This document shows positions 20,278 through 29,338 of a DNA stretch of 64,000 nucleotides, piece by piece. Where the stretch lies: contig JBJMOW010000004.1 in assembly GCA_045803545.1 (NCBI GenBank), forward strand, positions 992,001 to 1,056,000, given 5' to 3'. The number at the start of each line of letters is the position of its first letter. The first letter of the stretch is position 1. Both the position numbers and the translations under genes were made by a program. The stretch comes from Gemmatimonadaceae bacterium (lineage in GTDB: Bacteria > Gemmatimonadota > Gemmatimonadetes > Gemmatimonadales > Gemmatimonadaceae). The notes under the pieces are model-generated. The model had not been told where the DNA came from. It was given only the letters and a program-made list of their open reading frames with translations, and did no database searches.

Positions 20278-20628
20278 CTAGGCTTTTATCCAGACGCGAA
20301 TCGCAATCAAAACCAGAAAAATCGCGAAGCCCCTCTGGAGCTGGGTGCCGGAGATCATTTGGGCCAGACGCGCGCCGAACCACGCGCCGATGAACAATCC
20401 GAGCGCGATCCACAGCGATGCTGCGATGTTGAGGTGTCCGCGGCGCCAGTACTCCCACGCGCCCAACGCGCCGACCGGGAGCAGTAAAGCACCCAGTGAG
20501 GTCCCTGTCGCGGTCTGCGGCTGAAACTTGGCCAGCAGAATCAGCGCCGGCCCGATGACAATCCCGCCGCCAATGCCAAAAATCCCTGCTATGACTCCGG
20601 CAAAGAGGCCGATCGCTATGAATAGCAT
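20278..20628 (-). CDS. Half-size sulfite exporter TauE/SafE family protein
   Basis: GIFGIGGG and A.GTSL motifs; hydrophobic, 116 aa. Confidence 0.85.
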   Translation of the reverse strand: MLFIAIGLFAGVIAGIFGIGGGIVIGPALILLAKFQPQTATGTSLGALLLPVGALGAWEYWRRGHLNIAASLWIALGLFIGAWFGARLAQMISGTQLQRGFAIFLVLIAIRVWIKA

Positions 20629-20660
20629 ACGGTTTTAACTCGCGTTGATTGTGAGCCGCA

Positions 20661-21959
20661 TCAGGATGGAATTCCTTTCTTCGCCGCTTCCAGCACTTTG
20701 TCCGCGAACAGATCGATCTCATCGAGCGTCGTGTAGACGTTGGGGGTAATCCGAATTCCCTTGAACTCCGCGTGTACGATCGGTGTGTTGACGATGCGAT
20801 GCTGATTGAACAGCCACTGCCCGAGCTTGATGTTGTCGATGCCGTCGACCTGGAAGAGCGCGATAGCGCCTGACTGCCGGTTGTCGAGCGGTGTCAGCAC
20901 AGTTATCCGCGGGCTCTCGGCGACGAGCCGCTTCGCCCAGCGATCACGCAGGTAGCGGAGCCGGGCAACCTTGCGCTCGATCCCGATGCCGCGGTGGAAT
21001 GCGAGTGCAGCTGAGATCGCGTTGTGATTGGCAGCTGGATGAGTTCCGATTTCTTCGTACTTCCTGATGTCGTTGTCCTGTTTCACGTCGGCGGCCATCA
21101 GCGGCCAGAGATTCTTCTGCTTGTTCTTCCGCACATAGAGGAAGCCCGTGCCAACTGGCGCGAGCAGCCACTTGTGGAGGCTCGTTCCGTAATAGTCGCA
21201 GTTGAGATCGTCGCGCTTGAACGGGAAATGGGCAAACGCATGCGCGCCATCGACGAACACTTCGATACCGCGTGGCCGCGCGAAGTCTACTAGCTGCCGA
21301 ACGGGCATTATCTGCCCAGTAAGGTTGGTGATGTGGGTGACTTCGATCACCCTGGTCTTCGGTGTCACTGCCGCCTTGAACTGATCGACCAGGTATTCGT
21401 CCGACGGCGGCGGCACCTTGAAAGAGACCTGCCTGACTACGATTCCTTCGCGCCGAGCTCGCTGGTCCCACGCCGTCAGCATGCGCGGGTAGTTCTGGTT
21501 GGTAACGACTACTTCATCGCCGCGCTTGAGATCGAGACCCATGATCATGATCTCGTTTGCCTCCGACGCGTTGCGCGTGATTGCCATCTCCTCCGGATCG
21601 CACCCGAACTCGCTTGCCAGATCGCGGCGAACACTCTCGACGCGCGGCTCGAGCACGCGCCACATGTGCTCGACGGGCAGCTCGTTCGAGAATCTCAGAT
21701 CGCGGATCATCGCCTCGAGCACGTGACTGGGTGTCGGGCTGCAGCCGCCGTTGTTGAGATTGATCATTGTACGATCGGCGTCGAACGCCCGCTGGATCTC
21801 CGACCAGTACGATTCATCGTCGGCGACTGCGTTCGGCGACCGTCCTGCGCCGATAGCACCCGCGCGTATGAGGGACTTGATCGCGCCCTCGCGGAAAATC
21901 GGCTGCGCCGTCAGACTGGCGGCAGCCATCCCCGCCAGAAACTCCCGTCGTGTCGTCAT
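20661..21959 (-). CDS. Class V PLP-dependent enzyme (isopenicillin N epimerase/cysteine lyase-like) with Tat signal
   Basis: TRREFL twin-arginine motif; VDGAHAF, SLHKWL and EEIGT motifs. Confidence 0.85.
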   Translation of the reverse strand: MTTRREFLAGMAAASLTAQPIFREGAIKSLIRAGAIGAGRSPNAVADDESYWSEIQRAFDADRTMINLNNGGCSPTPSHVLEAMIRDLRFSNELPVEHMWRVLEPRVESVRRDLASEFGCDPEEMAITRNASEANEIMIMGLDLKRGDEVVVTNQNYPRMLTAWDQRARREGIVVRQVSFKVPPPSDEYLVDQFKAAVTPKTRVIEVTHITNLTGQIMPVRQLVDFARPRGIEVFVDGAHAFAHFPFKRDDLNCDYYGTSLHKWLLAPVGTGFLYVRKNKQKNLWPLMAADVKQDNDIRKYEEIGTHPAANHNAISAALAFHRGIGIERKVARLRYLRDRWAKRLVAESPRITVLTPLDNRQSGAIALFQVDGIDNIKLGQWLFNQHRIVNTPIVHAEFKGIRITPNVYTTLDEIDLFADKVLEAAKKGIPS

Positions 21960-21976
21960 GGGTGAGCCTCACCGCA

Positions 21977-22010
21977 GAAAAAAGACGGTCATCGTGTGAT
22001 GACCGTCTTC
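21977..22010 (-). terminator. Intrinsic terminator after the 22042-23190 gene
   Basis: AAGACGGTCATC/GATGACCGTCTT perfect stem; T-tract on the minus strand. Confidence 0.75.
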
Positions 22011-22041
22011 AATAATACGCCGTGCGGGAAAGCTCGGTGAG

Positions 22042-23190
22042 CTACTGATACTGTATATAGAGAGGCTTCGGGTTCAGCATCAGTACTTCCGCTGGTGTCA
22101 GCAGCGGATCGCCCTTCTTCGTGTCGTTGTGATAAAAGAGCTTGAACCCGGTGTACTCGACGGGCTCGGCTTCGACATACGCGCGATACGAATCGTACTT
22201 GAGCCATGGCTGTCCCCAGCCATCCATGTTGATGATCACCTGCACCCGTGGATCGAGCTTTATCGCCTTCGAGTCACTGAGCATGCGTCGCGTGAATCGA
22301 TGCACTATGAGAATCTTCGGGGGCAGGTTGTACTGCTTGACGAGTCCCGACAGCAGGTTGATCGCGAAGTTGACGTCGCTCGCGGTCATGGTGCCGATCT
22401 TTGTACCGGGCTTACTTCCGTCCTTCATCGAGAACTCGGGATCGATCGCGAGCATCACGTCAGGACGCTGCAGAAATGGAACGAGCCGAGGCAATTCTTC
22501 CTGCACAGTGCTCTGTCCGACTTGTACATCCAGGAACAGGATTGCGTGCTTTTTCTGCGCCCAACCGTAGACCATGTTGATCAGGCTGTCGGTCATGCGC
22601 AGGCGATACTTGCCGTCCCTGCCGGGTGCTCCCTGCGCCACGACGGCGATTAGGTGCAGCGCCGGCTGCACTGGATGCGACGGATCCGCCCTGGTCCACG
22701 CCGCGATTTCCTTGTCGAAGCGCGCCAGCATTTGGTCGGGTGGCAGCTCGCCGAGGATACCCATCTTTTTAGAAAGCGGATTTCCGTAGTAGGCGACGAT
22801 TCTCTTTTGCGGGAGGATCGCGCCAGGTAGCGGTCGCGGCGCGGTCGTCACCGGCCAATCCTTGTTTGCCAATCCGGCTTTGACTGCGGCGACGAGAGCG
22901 AGGCTGTCCTTTTTCGTGCGCCCTTTGATCGTTGGCACGGTGATCGGCGGATCCTTGGCTGCGGAATCTTTGCCGACCCCCTTCACGGTGCTCGATGCAC
23001 TTGGGCTCGTTGTCGCGCTCGCCACAATTGCCGGCGTCGGCTGTGCAGCGAGCGCGGTCGGCGGGCTTTCTGGGGAAATCGTCTGGCCTGTCGGCGACGG
23101 AGTTGCGTCCTTGCTCGCCGCGCAGGCGAACGAGGCGATGACCGCTGCTGGAAGGATCGAGAAATATCTATTGAACAATGTTGAGCTCAT
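22042..23190 (-). CDS. Conserved hypothetical lipoprotein
   Basis: Signal with FAC; Pro/Ser/Thr linker; domain with YYGNPLSKKMG, AIDPEF, HRFT and MDGWG motifs. Confidence 0.75.
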   Translation of the reverse strand: MSSTLFNRYFSILPAAVIASFACAASKDATPSPTGQTISPESPPTALAAQPTPAIVASATTSPSASSTVKGVGKDSAAKDPPITVPTIKGRTKKDSLALVAAVKAGLANKDWPVTTAPRPLPGAILPQKRIVAYYGNPLSKKMGILGELPPDQMLARFDKEIAAWTRADPSHPVQPALHLIAVVAQGAPGRDGKYRLRMTDSLINMVYGWAQKKHAILFLDVQVGQSTVQEELPRLVPFLQRPDVMLAIDPEFSMKDGSKPGTKIGTMTASDVNFAINLLSGLVKQYNLPPKILIVHRFTRRMLSDSKAIKLDPRVQVIINMDGWGQPWLKYDSYRAYVEAEPVEYTGFKLFYHNDTKKGDPLLTPAEVLMLNPKPLYIQYQ

Positions 23191-23255
23191 TAACTGATGA
23201 GATTTTTTGGTGAGGCGATGAATGTTTTACACCAATTCAACAATCACGCCGATGG

Positions 23256-23328
23256 CGGGATGAGGGATGGGGATGAGAGATGGGGTAGGAGCGATCCGTT
23301 TGTCGTGCATCCCCCATCCCGTATCCCG
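23256..23328. repeat. Imperfect inverted repeat built from GGGATG/CATCCC units
   Basis: cgggatgagggatggggatg ... catcccccatcccgtatcccg. Confidence 0.6.
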
Positions 23329-23337
23329 GTCCAGTTA

Positions 23338-23366
23338 TTGCCTTCGGTATATATTCGGTATACTAT
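23338..23366 (+). promoter_or_regulatory. imuA promoter with TTCGG-N6-TTCGG direct-repeat operator
   Basis: TTGCCT (23338-43), 17 bp spacer, TACTAT (23361-66); TTCGG at 23343 and 23354. Confidence 0.75.
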
Positions 23367-23375
23367 AGCAGAGCT

Positions 23376-24065
23376 ATGTCCGATCGCAACGCCGCCCTCC
23401 GCGCACTCATCGAGCATCGATTTCCTGATGCAACACCGGTCACCCACCGGACCGCGGAGCCGGTGGCAACCGGGATCAGCGCGCTCGATGGAATTCTACC
23501 AGGACATGGCTTGCCGCGCGGAAGACTCACGGTCTGGATGCCGCAAGGTGGAGCAACTGCGGTACTGAGAGCGGCGTGTAACACCACCGTCGCACAGGGT
23601 GAGCGCGCAGTCTGGATCGATGGACTCGGCACTGTTGCCGGACCGTTCTGGGAAGAAGGCACGATCCTGGTTCGTCCAAAGACACGCAAACATGGATTGC
23701 GTGGCGCCGAAGAACTTCTGCGCTGTGGTGGATTCGCGCTCGTCGTCATCGCCGGCATCGAGCCGGAAGGAACGGAGACAGTTCGCCTCTCTCGTGCCGC
23801 GCGCGAAGGAGGAGGTGCGCTCGTCACTCTGACATCGCACGCCTCGATGGCCAGTTTGCGCATGACGTCGAAGATCCTACGCGAGACTTATCGCTGGAAA
23901 AAAACTCCATTCGGTGATCCAGCCGAAGCGCAGGAAGTGATGCTGCGCGTCCGCGCCTTCTCCCTCGGCTGGAACAAGAGCGCGGATTTCCCCGTACGGG
24001 TCATACCATATGACGTCCGCGACTCTTTGGAAGCGGGCCTCGTCGATCGACGGGGTGTCCGCTGA
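23376..24065 (+). CDS. imuA: ImuA-like RecA-fold mutasome accessory protein
   Basis: ATGISALDGILPGHGLPRGRL, AVWIDG, AEELLRCGGFALVVI and RLSRAAREGG motifs with a degenerate P-loop; imuB and dnaE2 in the same window. Confidence 0.8.
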   Translation: MSDRNAALRALIEHRFPDATPVTHRTAEPVATGISALDGILPGHGLPRGRLTVWMPQGGATAVLRAACNTTVAQGERAVWIDGLGTVAGPFWEEGTILVRPKTRKHGLRGAEELLRCGGFALVVIAGIEPEGTETVRLSRAAREGGGALVTLTSHASMASLRMTSKILRETYRWKKTPFGDPAEAQEVMLRVRAFSLGWNKSADFPVRVIPYDVRDSLEAGLVDRRGVR

Positions 24066-24069
24066 CTGA

Positions 24070-24194
24070 GGATTGAGGCGTTCGGACCAACAGCCAGTGC
24101 GGAGTCCGGATTAAGTGAGGAATTCGGAAAAGTTCTCTCACCTCAATTATTCCGAAATCCGCCGGTCTGGCAGTTTGTCCGAACGCCTCAATCC
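24070..24194. repeat. 125-bp imperfect inverted repeat
   Basis: Perfect 18-bp outer arms GGATTGAGGCGTTCGGAC (24070-87) / GTCCGAACGCCTCAATCC (24177-94); pairing continues inward with mismatches. Confidence 0.85.
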
Positions 24195-24234
24195 GCACCC
24201 AAGCCCGGAGTCCTCGCCTCCACCGAACGGTTTA

Positions 24235-24810
24235 ATGGATCTCCGTGTCGAAGGTAGTAAGCATGGTCGTGACGATCAGCGAGTGAACGAAGCGGAGCTT
24301 ATCGCCCGAATCATCGACGGAGATAGGCTGGCCGGGCGGGCGCTGTACGACATGCACGCACCCCGGGTGTTCTCGCTCGCTTATCGAATGAGTGGTGACG
24401 CAGAGAAGGCGCGGGAGTTTACGCAGGATGCATTCATCCGAGCGTTCTCGAGGTTGTCGCAGTTTCGCGGCGAAGCCGCTTTCTCAACGTGGCTGCACCG
24501 CATCGTCGTCACGGTCGTGTCGAATGCACGACGCAACGAGGTACGGTTTGGGCGCGAAGTAGCGCTGGACGAGGCTCACTCGATCGAATCCACCGCGGCG
24601 GAAGCCGAGCCCGACTTGAAGGAATCGATAGAGAGGGCGGTGAACAACCTGTCGGAAGCTTATCGCACCACGCTGATACTGCACGACGTTGAGGGATATA
24701 CCCACGCGGAAATAGCCGTCATGCTCGGTGTCCCCGAGGGGACCTGCAAGAGCCGGCTTTCTGTGGCAAGAGCGCAGCTGAGAGAAGCACTGGCTGCATT
24801 CAAGGAGTAG
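24235..24810 (+). CDS. ECF sigma factor
   Basis: Region 2 TQDAFIRAF...FSTWLHRI and region 4 EGYTHAEIAVMLGVPEGTCKSRL. Start 24235 (ATG) or 24283 (GTG). Confidence 0.92.
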   Translation: MDLRVEGSKHGRDDQRVNEAELIARIIDGDRLAGRALYDMHAPRVFSLAYRMSGDAEKAREFTQDAFIRAFSRLSQFRGEAAFSTWLHRIVVTVVSNARRNEVRFGREVALDEAHSIESTAAEAEPDLKESIERAVNNLSEAYRTTLILHDVEGYTHAEIAVMLGVPEGTCKSRLSVARAQLREALAAFKE

Positions 24811-24814
24811 GACG

Positions 24815-25447
24815 ATGGACGAAGATCGTTTCGAAGAGGTGATTCGCGATTTGCCGCGGAGCTTCAACGCTCCGCCGCCGCCTCCACTCGACGAGATGTG
24901 GGGCGTGATCGAGGACGCTCACTTCAATTCGCCACAATCGAAATCGACATCGCGTAGCAGTTTTCTGACGACGCCGTGGCTTGCCGCTGCAACGTTGCTC
25001 GTCGGTATTGGTATTGGTGCGTTATTCCCGCGAGCCAAGCCGCCAGCGACGGTTCAGGCTCCCGTCGCACAGAGCGCCCTTCCGCGAGAGACATCGGCGG
25101 TCGCGGACGTGTATCGCGATCAGACTCAACAGTACCTCGGCCAGGCTGCAGCGCTTCTCATTTCTCTGCCGGCGAGGGACGGAAGCAAGACCGCTGATTC
25201 AGCGTTTGCCAACAAGGCCGCCGATCTTCTCGTCACGACGCGACTGCTGATCGATTCACCCGCGGCATCGCGCGATGTCAAACTGCGTTCGCTGCTCGAC
25301 GATCTGGAGTTGGTGCTGGTTCAGATCGCGCGCCTCCGTAACGAGCGTTCGCGCAGTGATCTCGATCTGATTCATCAGGCAGTCGAGCAGGGAGACGTGC
25401 TGTCACGCCTCAACTCCGCAGTCGCCACAACTCAATCCTCCGAGTGA
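24815..25447 (+). CDS. Putative membrane-anchored anti-sigma factor
   Basis: Directly follows the ECF sigma; short N-terminal domain, single TM (WLAAATLLVGIGIG), helical C-domain. Confidence 0.6.
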   Translation: MDEDRFEEVIRDLPRSFNAPPPPPLDEMWGVIEDAHFNSPQSKSTSRSSFLTTPWLAAATLLVGIGIGALFPRAKPPATVQAPVAQSALPRETSAVADVYRDQTQQYLGQAAALLISLPARDGSKTADSAFANKAADLLVTTRLLIDSPAASRDVKLRSLLDDLELVLVQIARLRNERSRSDLDLIHQAVEQGDVLSRLNSAVATTQSSE

Positions 25448-27222
25448 GAACCAGGATGACCAGAGCCACTCTTATCGCTGCAGCTTTCGTTTGCGCGCTG
25501 CCGCTTGCGGCGCAAAACCCGACTCCCGCGCCGCCGGCACCACCCGCGCCTGCCGCCCCGCCTGCTGATATCGACATCGAGATGCCGGACTTGCCCGACA
25601 TGCCGGACATCCCCGATATGCCGGACATCCCGGATATGCCGGACATCCCGGATATGCCGGACATGCCCCTGCTTGCACCAATGCTCATGGACCTGGATCT
25701 GATCGGACCAGCGTTGGCGCCTCTCGGCGCGCTCTCCGACATCGATTTCGATTTCGAGATGCCGGAAATGCCCGAGATCCCTGACATGCCCGGTGTACCG
25801 TACAGTCCCGACATCCCACCGATGGCGTTGGCTCCGCGCATTGCGATGCCGGCGGTGCCGATGATCGCAATGCGACCAGCTGTGCCAGGTGTAACGCCCC
25901 TCATCGCGATTACTCCCGCGGCAAGCATTGGCTGGCAATCCCGATTCGACCAGGCATTCAGCGGCATCACCTCCAATCCGCCCGAGTCGTGGGCGCAAAC
26001 AGACCCCGCCGATTCGCTTTATAGACTGGCGCGTACTGCGCTGAATCGAGGCGAGTATCGCCGTGCCGCCGATCTCTTCGGCCAGATCAGTCAGAAATTT
26101 CCGAACTCGGTTTATGCTTCCGACGCCCGATACTGGCGTGCCTTCGCGCTCTACCGAATCGGCGGACACGACGATTTGCGCGTCGCACTCGTTTCACTGC
26201 AGGACAGTGGGCGTGGGTTTCGTCAGCAATCGCTCCAGACTGACGCGCCGGTTCTCGCGGCAAGAATTCGTGGGGCACTCGCGCGTGACGGAGACGAAAG
26301 CGCTCGACAGGCGCTCCAGACCGCTGCCACCCAACCTGGCGTGTGCGATCGTGAAGATCTCGCCGTTCGCGTGGAGGCGCTTAACTCGCTCGGTCAGACA
26401 GACCCGGAGTCAACCACTCCGATTCTGCGCCGTGTTCTCGCCCGCCGCGACGACTGCTCGGCGGCTCTTCGTCGCGCCGCGCTGTACCTGCTTGGGCGTC
26501 GCACTGACGACGAAGCGCGCGATCTCATCATCTCCGCCGCGCGCAACGATCCCGACATTCAAGTCCGCGCCGATGCCCTTCGTTTTCTGGCCGCGATGCC
26601 GGGCGATCAGCCGATCGCCACAATTGAAGAGATGGTGCGCACTCCCGGCAATGAGCAGCTCCAACGCGCGGCGATCGCCGCGCTTGGCAGAAGCGATAGC
26701 CCCCGCGCCCGTCAGAGTCTGCACAACGTAATCGAGCGCACCGATCTCTCGGAGAGCCTGCGCGCCACTGCGCTCTTGAGCGTCAGCGCGGATCGCTCGG
26801 GGGACAACGGAGCCTACTTACGATCGATCTACCCGCGGCTCGACACCCCACGGCTGAAAGGAGAGGCGATTCGCGCGATCGCGCGGATCGGCGGCAACGA
26901 CAACGATCAGTTTCTGCTCTCGATAGTTCGCAATCAGAGCGAATCACCTGATGTGAGAGCGACCGCCCTGCGCTCGGTTGGCCGGTCTACTATCTCGATC
27001 GCGGATCTGTCGAAAATGTACGACGCAGCAGATGACCGTCGGCTGCGCGAGCAGCTGATCGGACTGTTCGCTCAGCGAGACGACCCGCAGGCGACGGACA
27101 AACTCCTCGAGATCGCGCGCAACGGAACCGATCCCGATATGCGCCGCTACGCCATTTCCGCTCTGTCGCGCAAGAATGATCCGCGCACCAAGAAGCTCTT
27201 ACTGGAGATCATCGACAAATGA
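25444..27222 (+). CDS. Secreted HEAT repeat protein with Pro/Asp/Met-rich linker and TPR-like segment
   Basis: Signal peptide (LAA-Q); (MPDIPD)n; YRRAADLF...ARYWRAFALY TPR-like region; HEAT repeats. Confidence 0.8.
   Translation: MRTRMTRATLIAAAFVCALPLAAQNPTPAPPAPPAPAAPPADIDIEMPDLPDMPDIPDMPDIPDMPDIPDMPDMPLLAPMLMDLDLIGPALAPLGALSDIDFDFEMPEMPEIPDMPGVPYSPDIPPMALAPRIAMPAVPMIAMRPAVPGVTPLIAITPAASIGWQSRFDQAFSGITSNPPESWAQTDPADSLYRLARTALNRGEYRRAADLFGQISQKFPNSVYASDARYWRAFALYRIGGHDDLRVALVSLQDSGRGFRQQSLQTDAPVLAARIRGALARDGDESARQALQTAATQPGVCDREDLAVRVEALNSLGQTDPESTTPILRRVLARRDDCSAALRRAALYLLGRRTDDEARDLIISAARNDPDIQVRADALRFLAAMPGDQPIATIEEMVRTPGNEQLQRAAIAALGRSDSPRARQSLHNVIERTDLSESLRATALLSVSADRSGDNGAYLRSIYPRLDTPRLKGEAIRAIARIGGNDNDQFLLSIVRNQSESPDVRATALRSVGRSTISIADLSKMYDAADDRRLREQLIGLFAQRDDPQATDKLLEIARNGTDPDMRRYAISALSRKNDPRTKKLLLEIIDK
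25582..25668 (+). repeat. Coding tandem repeat (9/18-bp period) encoding MPD(I/L/M)PD
   Basis: atgccggacatcccggat units. Confidence 0.85.
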
Positions 27223-28487
27223 CTGTCAGCCGTTTCGTAGCGATCGCGGTCGCTGGCGCGATCGTCGGCACCAGCGCGTCAGCGCAATCTCTGGCCAACC
27301 GCGTCGCGTCAGCGTCCGATCGTTCAGTGCAGTTCACCTACAAGGCGCGGCCGGGTGTATGCGGCGACGGTCGCACTTATATCTCCACTGGCCCGGGAAA
27401 CTTCTATGGCTTCAATTCGAGCGACAGGGCTGACCAGTGTCAGGCCGGTCCCGTGCGCGTGGTGGTCGACCTCGCCGACAGAAACGTTGTCGCGCTGCGC
27501 ACGTACGTCGGCATTCCGTCCACCGGCCTCGACGCGAGCGTTTCGAACCTCGGCAACGTAACTCCAACGGATGCCGCTGACTTCCTGCTGGGCGTAGCTG
27601 GGCGGGCCGATGGTCGCATCGGGCGCGACGCGATCTTTGCCGCGCTGCTTGGCGACAGTGTCGACGTCAGCTCGCGATTACTGACGATTGGCCGCGACGG
27701 CAATCGTCCATTGGAGACTCGTCGAGCCGCTCTCGCCGGCCTGGCGCGTACGGATTCGCGCCAGCTCGATGCGATTGGCTCGTCGCTCGTCCAGATCGCT
27801 ACCAACGAGAGCGATGTCCAGGGTGCGCGTGAGGAGGCGCTTCGAGTTCTGTCGAGACTCGATCACGGAGCCGGCATCCAGCCGCTGATTCGTCTTGCCA
27901 ACAGCAACGCGACTTCATGGATTGGTCGGGAGAGCATGCGTGTACTCGCGTCTTCGGGCGATCCGCGTGCCCGGGATTTTCTGCGCGCGACGGTGCAGCG
28001 CACTGACGTCCCCGATGAATTGCTTGCGTCGGCGATTCGTGGTCTCGGCCGCAACTATGTCACCGGACAGGATGCGACTTTGCTGCGCTCGCTTTATCCA
28101 AAGGTCACCGGAGATAAATCACGCGACGCCATCCTGGCGTCGCTAGCGAACCTGGGCGGCGCTGACAACGTGCAATGGCTCACCGATGTCGTCCGGAACG
28201 AGCAGCTTTCGCCTGACGCTCGTCGCCGAGCGCTTGTCTATCTCACCCGCGCCGGCGCGCCGACGCCCACGCTGGTTGCGCTCTACGATCCGCTCACCGA
28301 CTCACAGTTGCGTGGCGAGTTGATCAGCATCTACTCGCGCGCGGGCGACAAGTCAGCGACCGACAAACTCGTCTGGATTGCGCGCAATGAGCAGAACTAT
28401 CAGTTGAAGCGACGCGCGATCGGTGCGCTGTCGCGGAATTCAGATCCCGCGATCAGGCAGGCGCTGCAGGGTATTGTCGAGCGTTAA
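27219..28487 (+). CDS. Secreted HEAT repeat protein
   Basis: Signal peptide ASA-Q; N-terminal domain with two Cys; HEAT repeats; C-terminus resembles that of the upstream protein (ATDKL..IARN). Confidence 0.8.
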   Translation: MTVSRFVAIAVAGAIVGTSASAQSLANRVASASDRSVQFTYKARPGVCGDGRTYISTGPGNFYGFNSSDRADQCQAGPVRVVVDLADRNVVALRTYVGIPSTGLDASVSNLGNVTPTDAADFLLGVAGRADGRIGRDAIFAALLGDSVDVSSRLLTIGRDGNRPLETRRAALAGLARTDSRQLDAIGSSLVQIATNESDVQGAREEALRVLSRLDHGAGIQPLIRLANSNATSWIGRESMRVLASSGDPRARDFLRATVQRTDVPDELLASAIRGLGRNYVTGQDATLLRSLYPKVTGDKSRDAILASLANLGGADNVQWLTDVVRNEQLSPDARRRALVYLTRAGAPTPTLVALYDPLTDSQLRGELISIYSRAGDKSATDKLVWIARNEQNYQLKRRAIGALSRNSDPAIRQALQGIVER

Positions 28488-29080
28488 CCGGCGATCCGCC
28501 GGCGCTTGGCTGTAACTTCGGTATTCTCGACGAGGCGTGGAGCACTCCACGTCTTGTCGAGGACTTTCTGGAAGCAGCGCTTCGGAATGATCTCGACGCC
28601 CGATTTGGCGAGGGTGTCGTAGCGGGCCAGCTTCTCGGGGTAGCGCGAGATCGTGCAAGCCTTGTAGCCAAGCGACAGGAAGAAATTGTCGGTGAGGCTC
28701 AGCGCGAAAACTTCTTCGATGTCGCGCGCGCGAGCGAGCCGCTCGACGCCCAGCACCACCTGAGTGCCCAATCCCTTGCCGTGCTGGGTTGGCGATACGG
28801 CCACTGAGGATACCTCGGCCAGCGAGGGCGAATACTCCTCGAGCGCCGCGCAGGCGAGCACGCGACCGGCAGCGTCCGTTGCAACGACGTAGTTGTCGAT
28901 GCGCGAAGCGATCTGGTCCAGGGTGCGTGGCAGCATCAGCCCCTGAGCCGCGTACGGGGACACGAGCTCGAGGATCTGGGCCGCATCCGCCCGCGCTGCC
29001 CGGCGCACGATCTGCTGGGCCGGCTTGCGGCGATCAGAAAGCCCCCGGAGAGGCTTGGCTGCACTTGGGATTTTATGCAC
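28484..29080 (-). CDS. GNAT acetyltransferase, short ArgA-like
   Basis: GLMLPRT, LAEVSSVAV..HGKGLG, FF.SLGY and PEK motifs. Confidence 0.75.
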   Translation of the reverse strand: MHKIPSAAKPLRGLSDRRKPAQQIVRRAARADAAQILELVSPYAAQGLMLPRTLDQIASRIDNYVVATDAAGRVLACAALEEYSPSLAEVSSVAVSPTQHGKGLGTQVVLGVERLARARDIEEVFALSLTDNFFLSLGYKACTISRYPEKLARYDTLAKSGVEIIPKRCFQKVLDKTWSAPRLVENTEVTAKRRRIAG

Positions 29081-29143
29081 GAAGAATGTATATATACACA
29101 GCCTTCGTGGCGCAAGAGTTTGAGGGAGGACTTGGACTGATAA

Positions 29144-29316
29144 CTACCGCGCTCGTAGCTGATAGCAGCAGGCTGTTAGCTGATGGCTGCCTGCAACCAG
29201 ACAGATCCCATAGAATAAAAGCGAGCAGAACGCTGTGCCTCTACGTTGTCGCGATCTGTCCCGTCGCCTGCAGCGAATAGCTATTAGCTAGCTGCTATCA
29301 GCTACCCGCGAGGTAG
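29144..29316. repeat. About 170-bp inverted-repeat element
   Basis: GTAGCTGATAGCAGC (29155-69) / GCTGCTATCAGCTAC (29291-305) perfect arms; inner GACAGATC/GATCTGTC pair. Confidence 0.8.
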
Positions 29317-29338
29317 TGCGCTTTCAATGTCCGCGGTC

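Noticed and set aside
24115..24234. N-terminal extension of the ECF sigma in the ORF track
   Set aside because: Starts inside the 125-bp hairpin and is not sigma-like.
25410..26169. Antisense ORFs with (SGI/SGM)n and (RHI/RDV)n repeats
   Set aside because: Shadow frames of the MPDIPD coding repeat.
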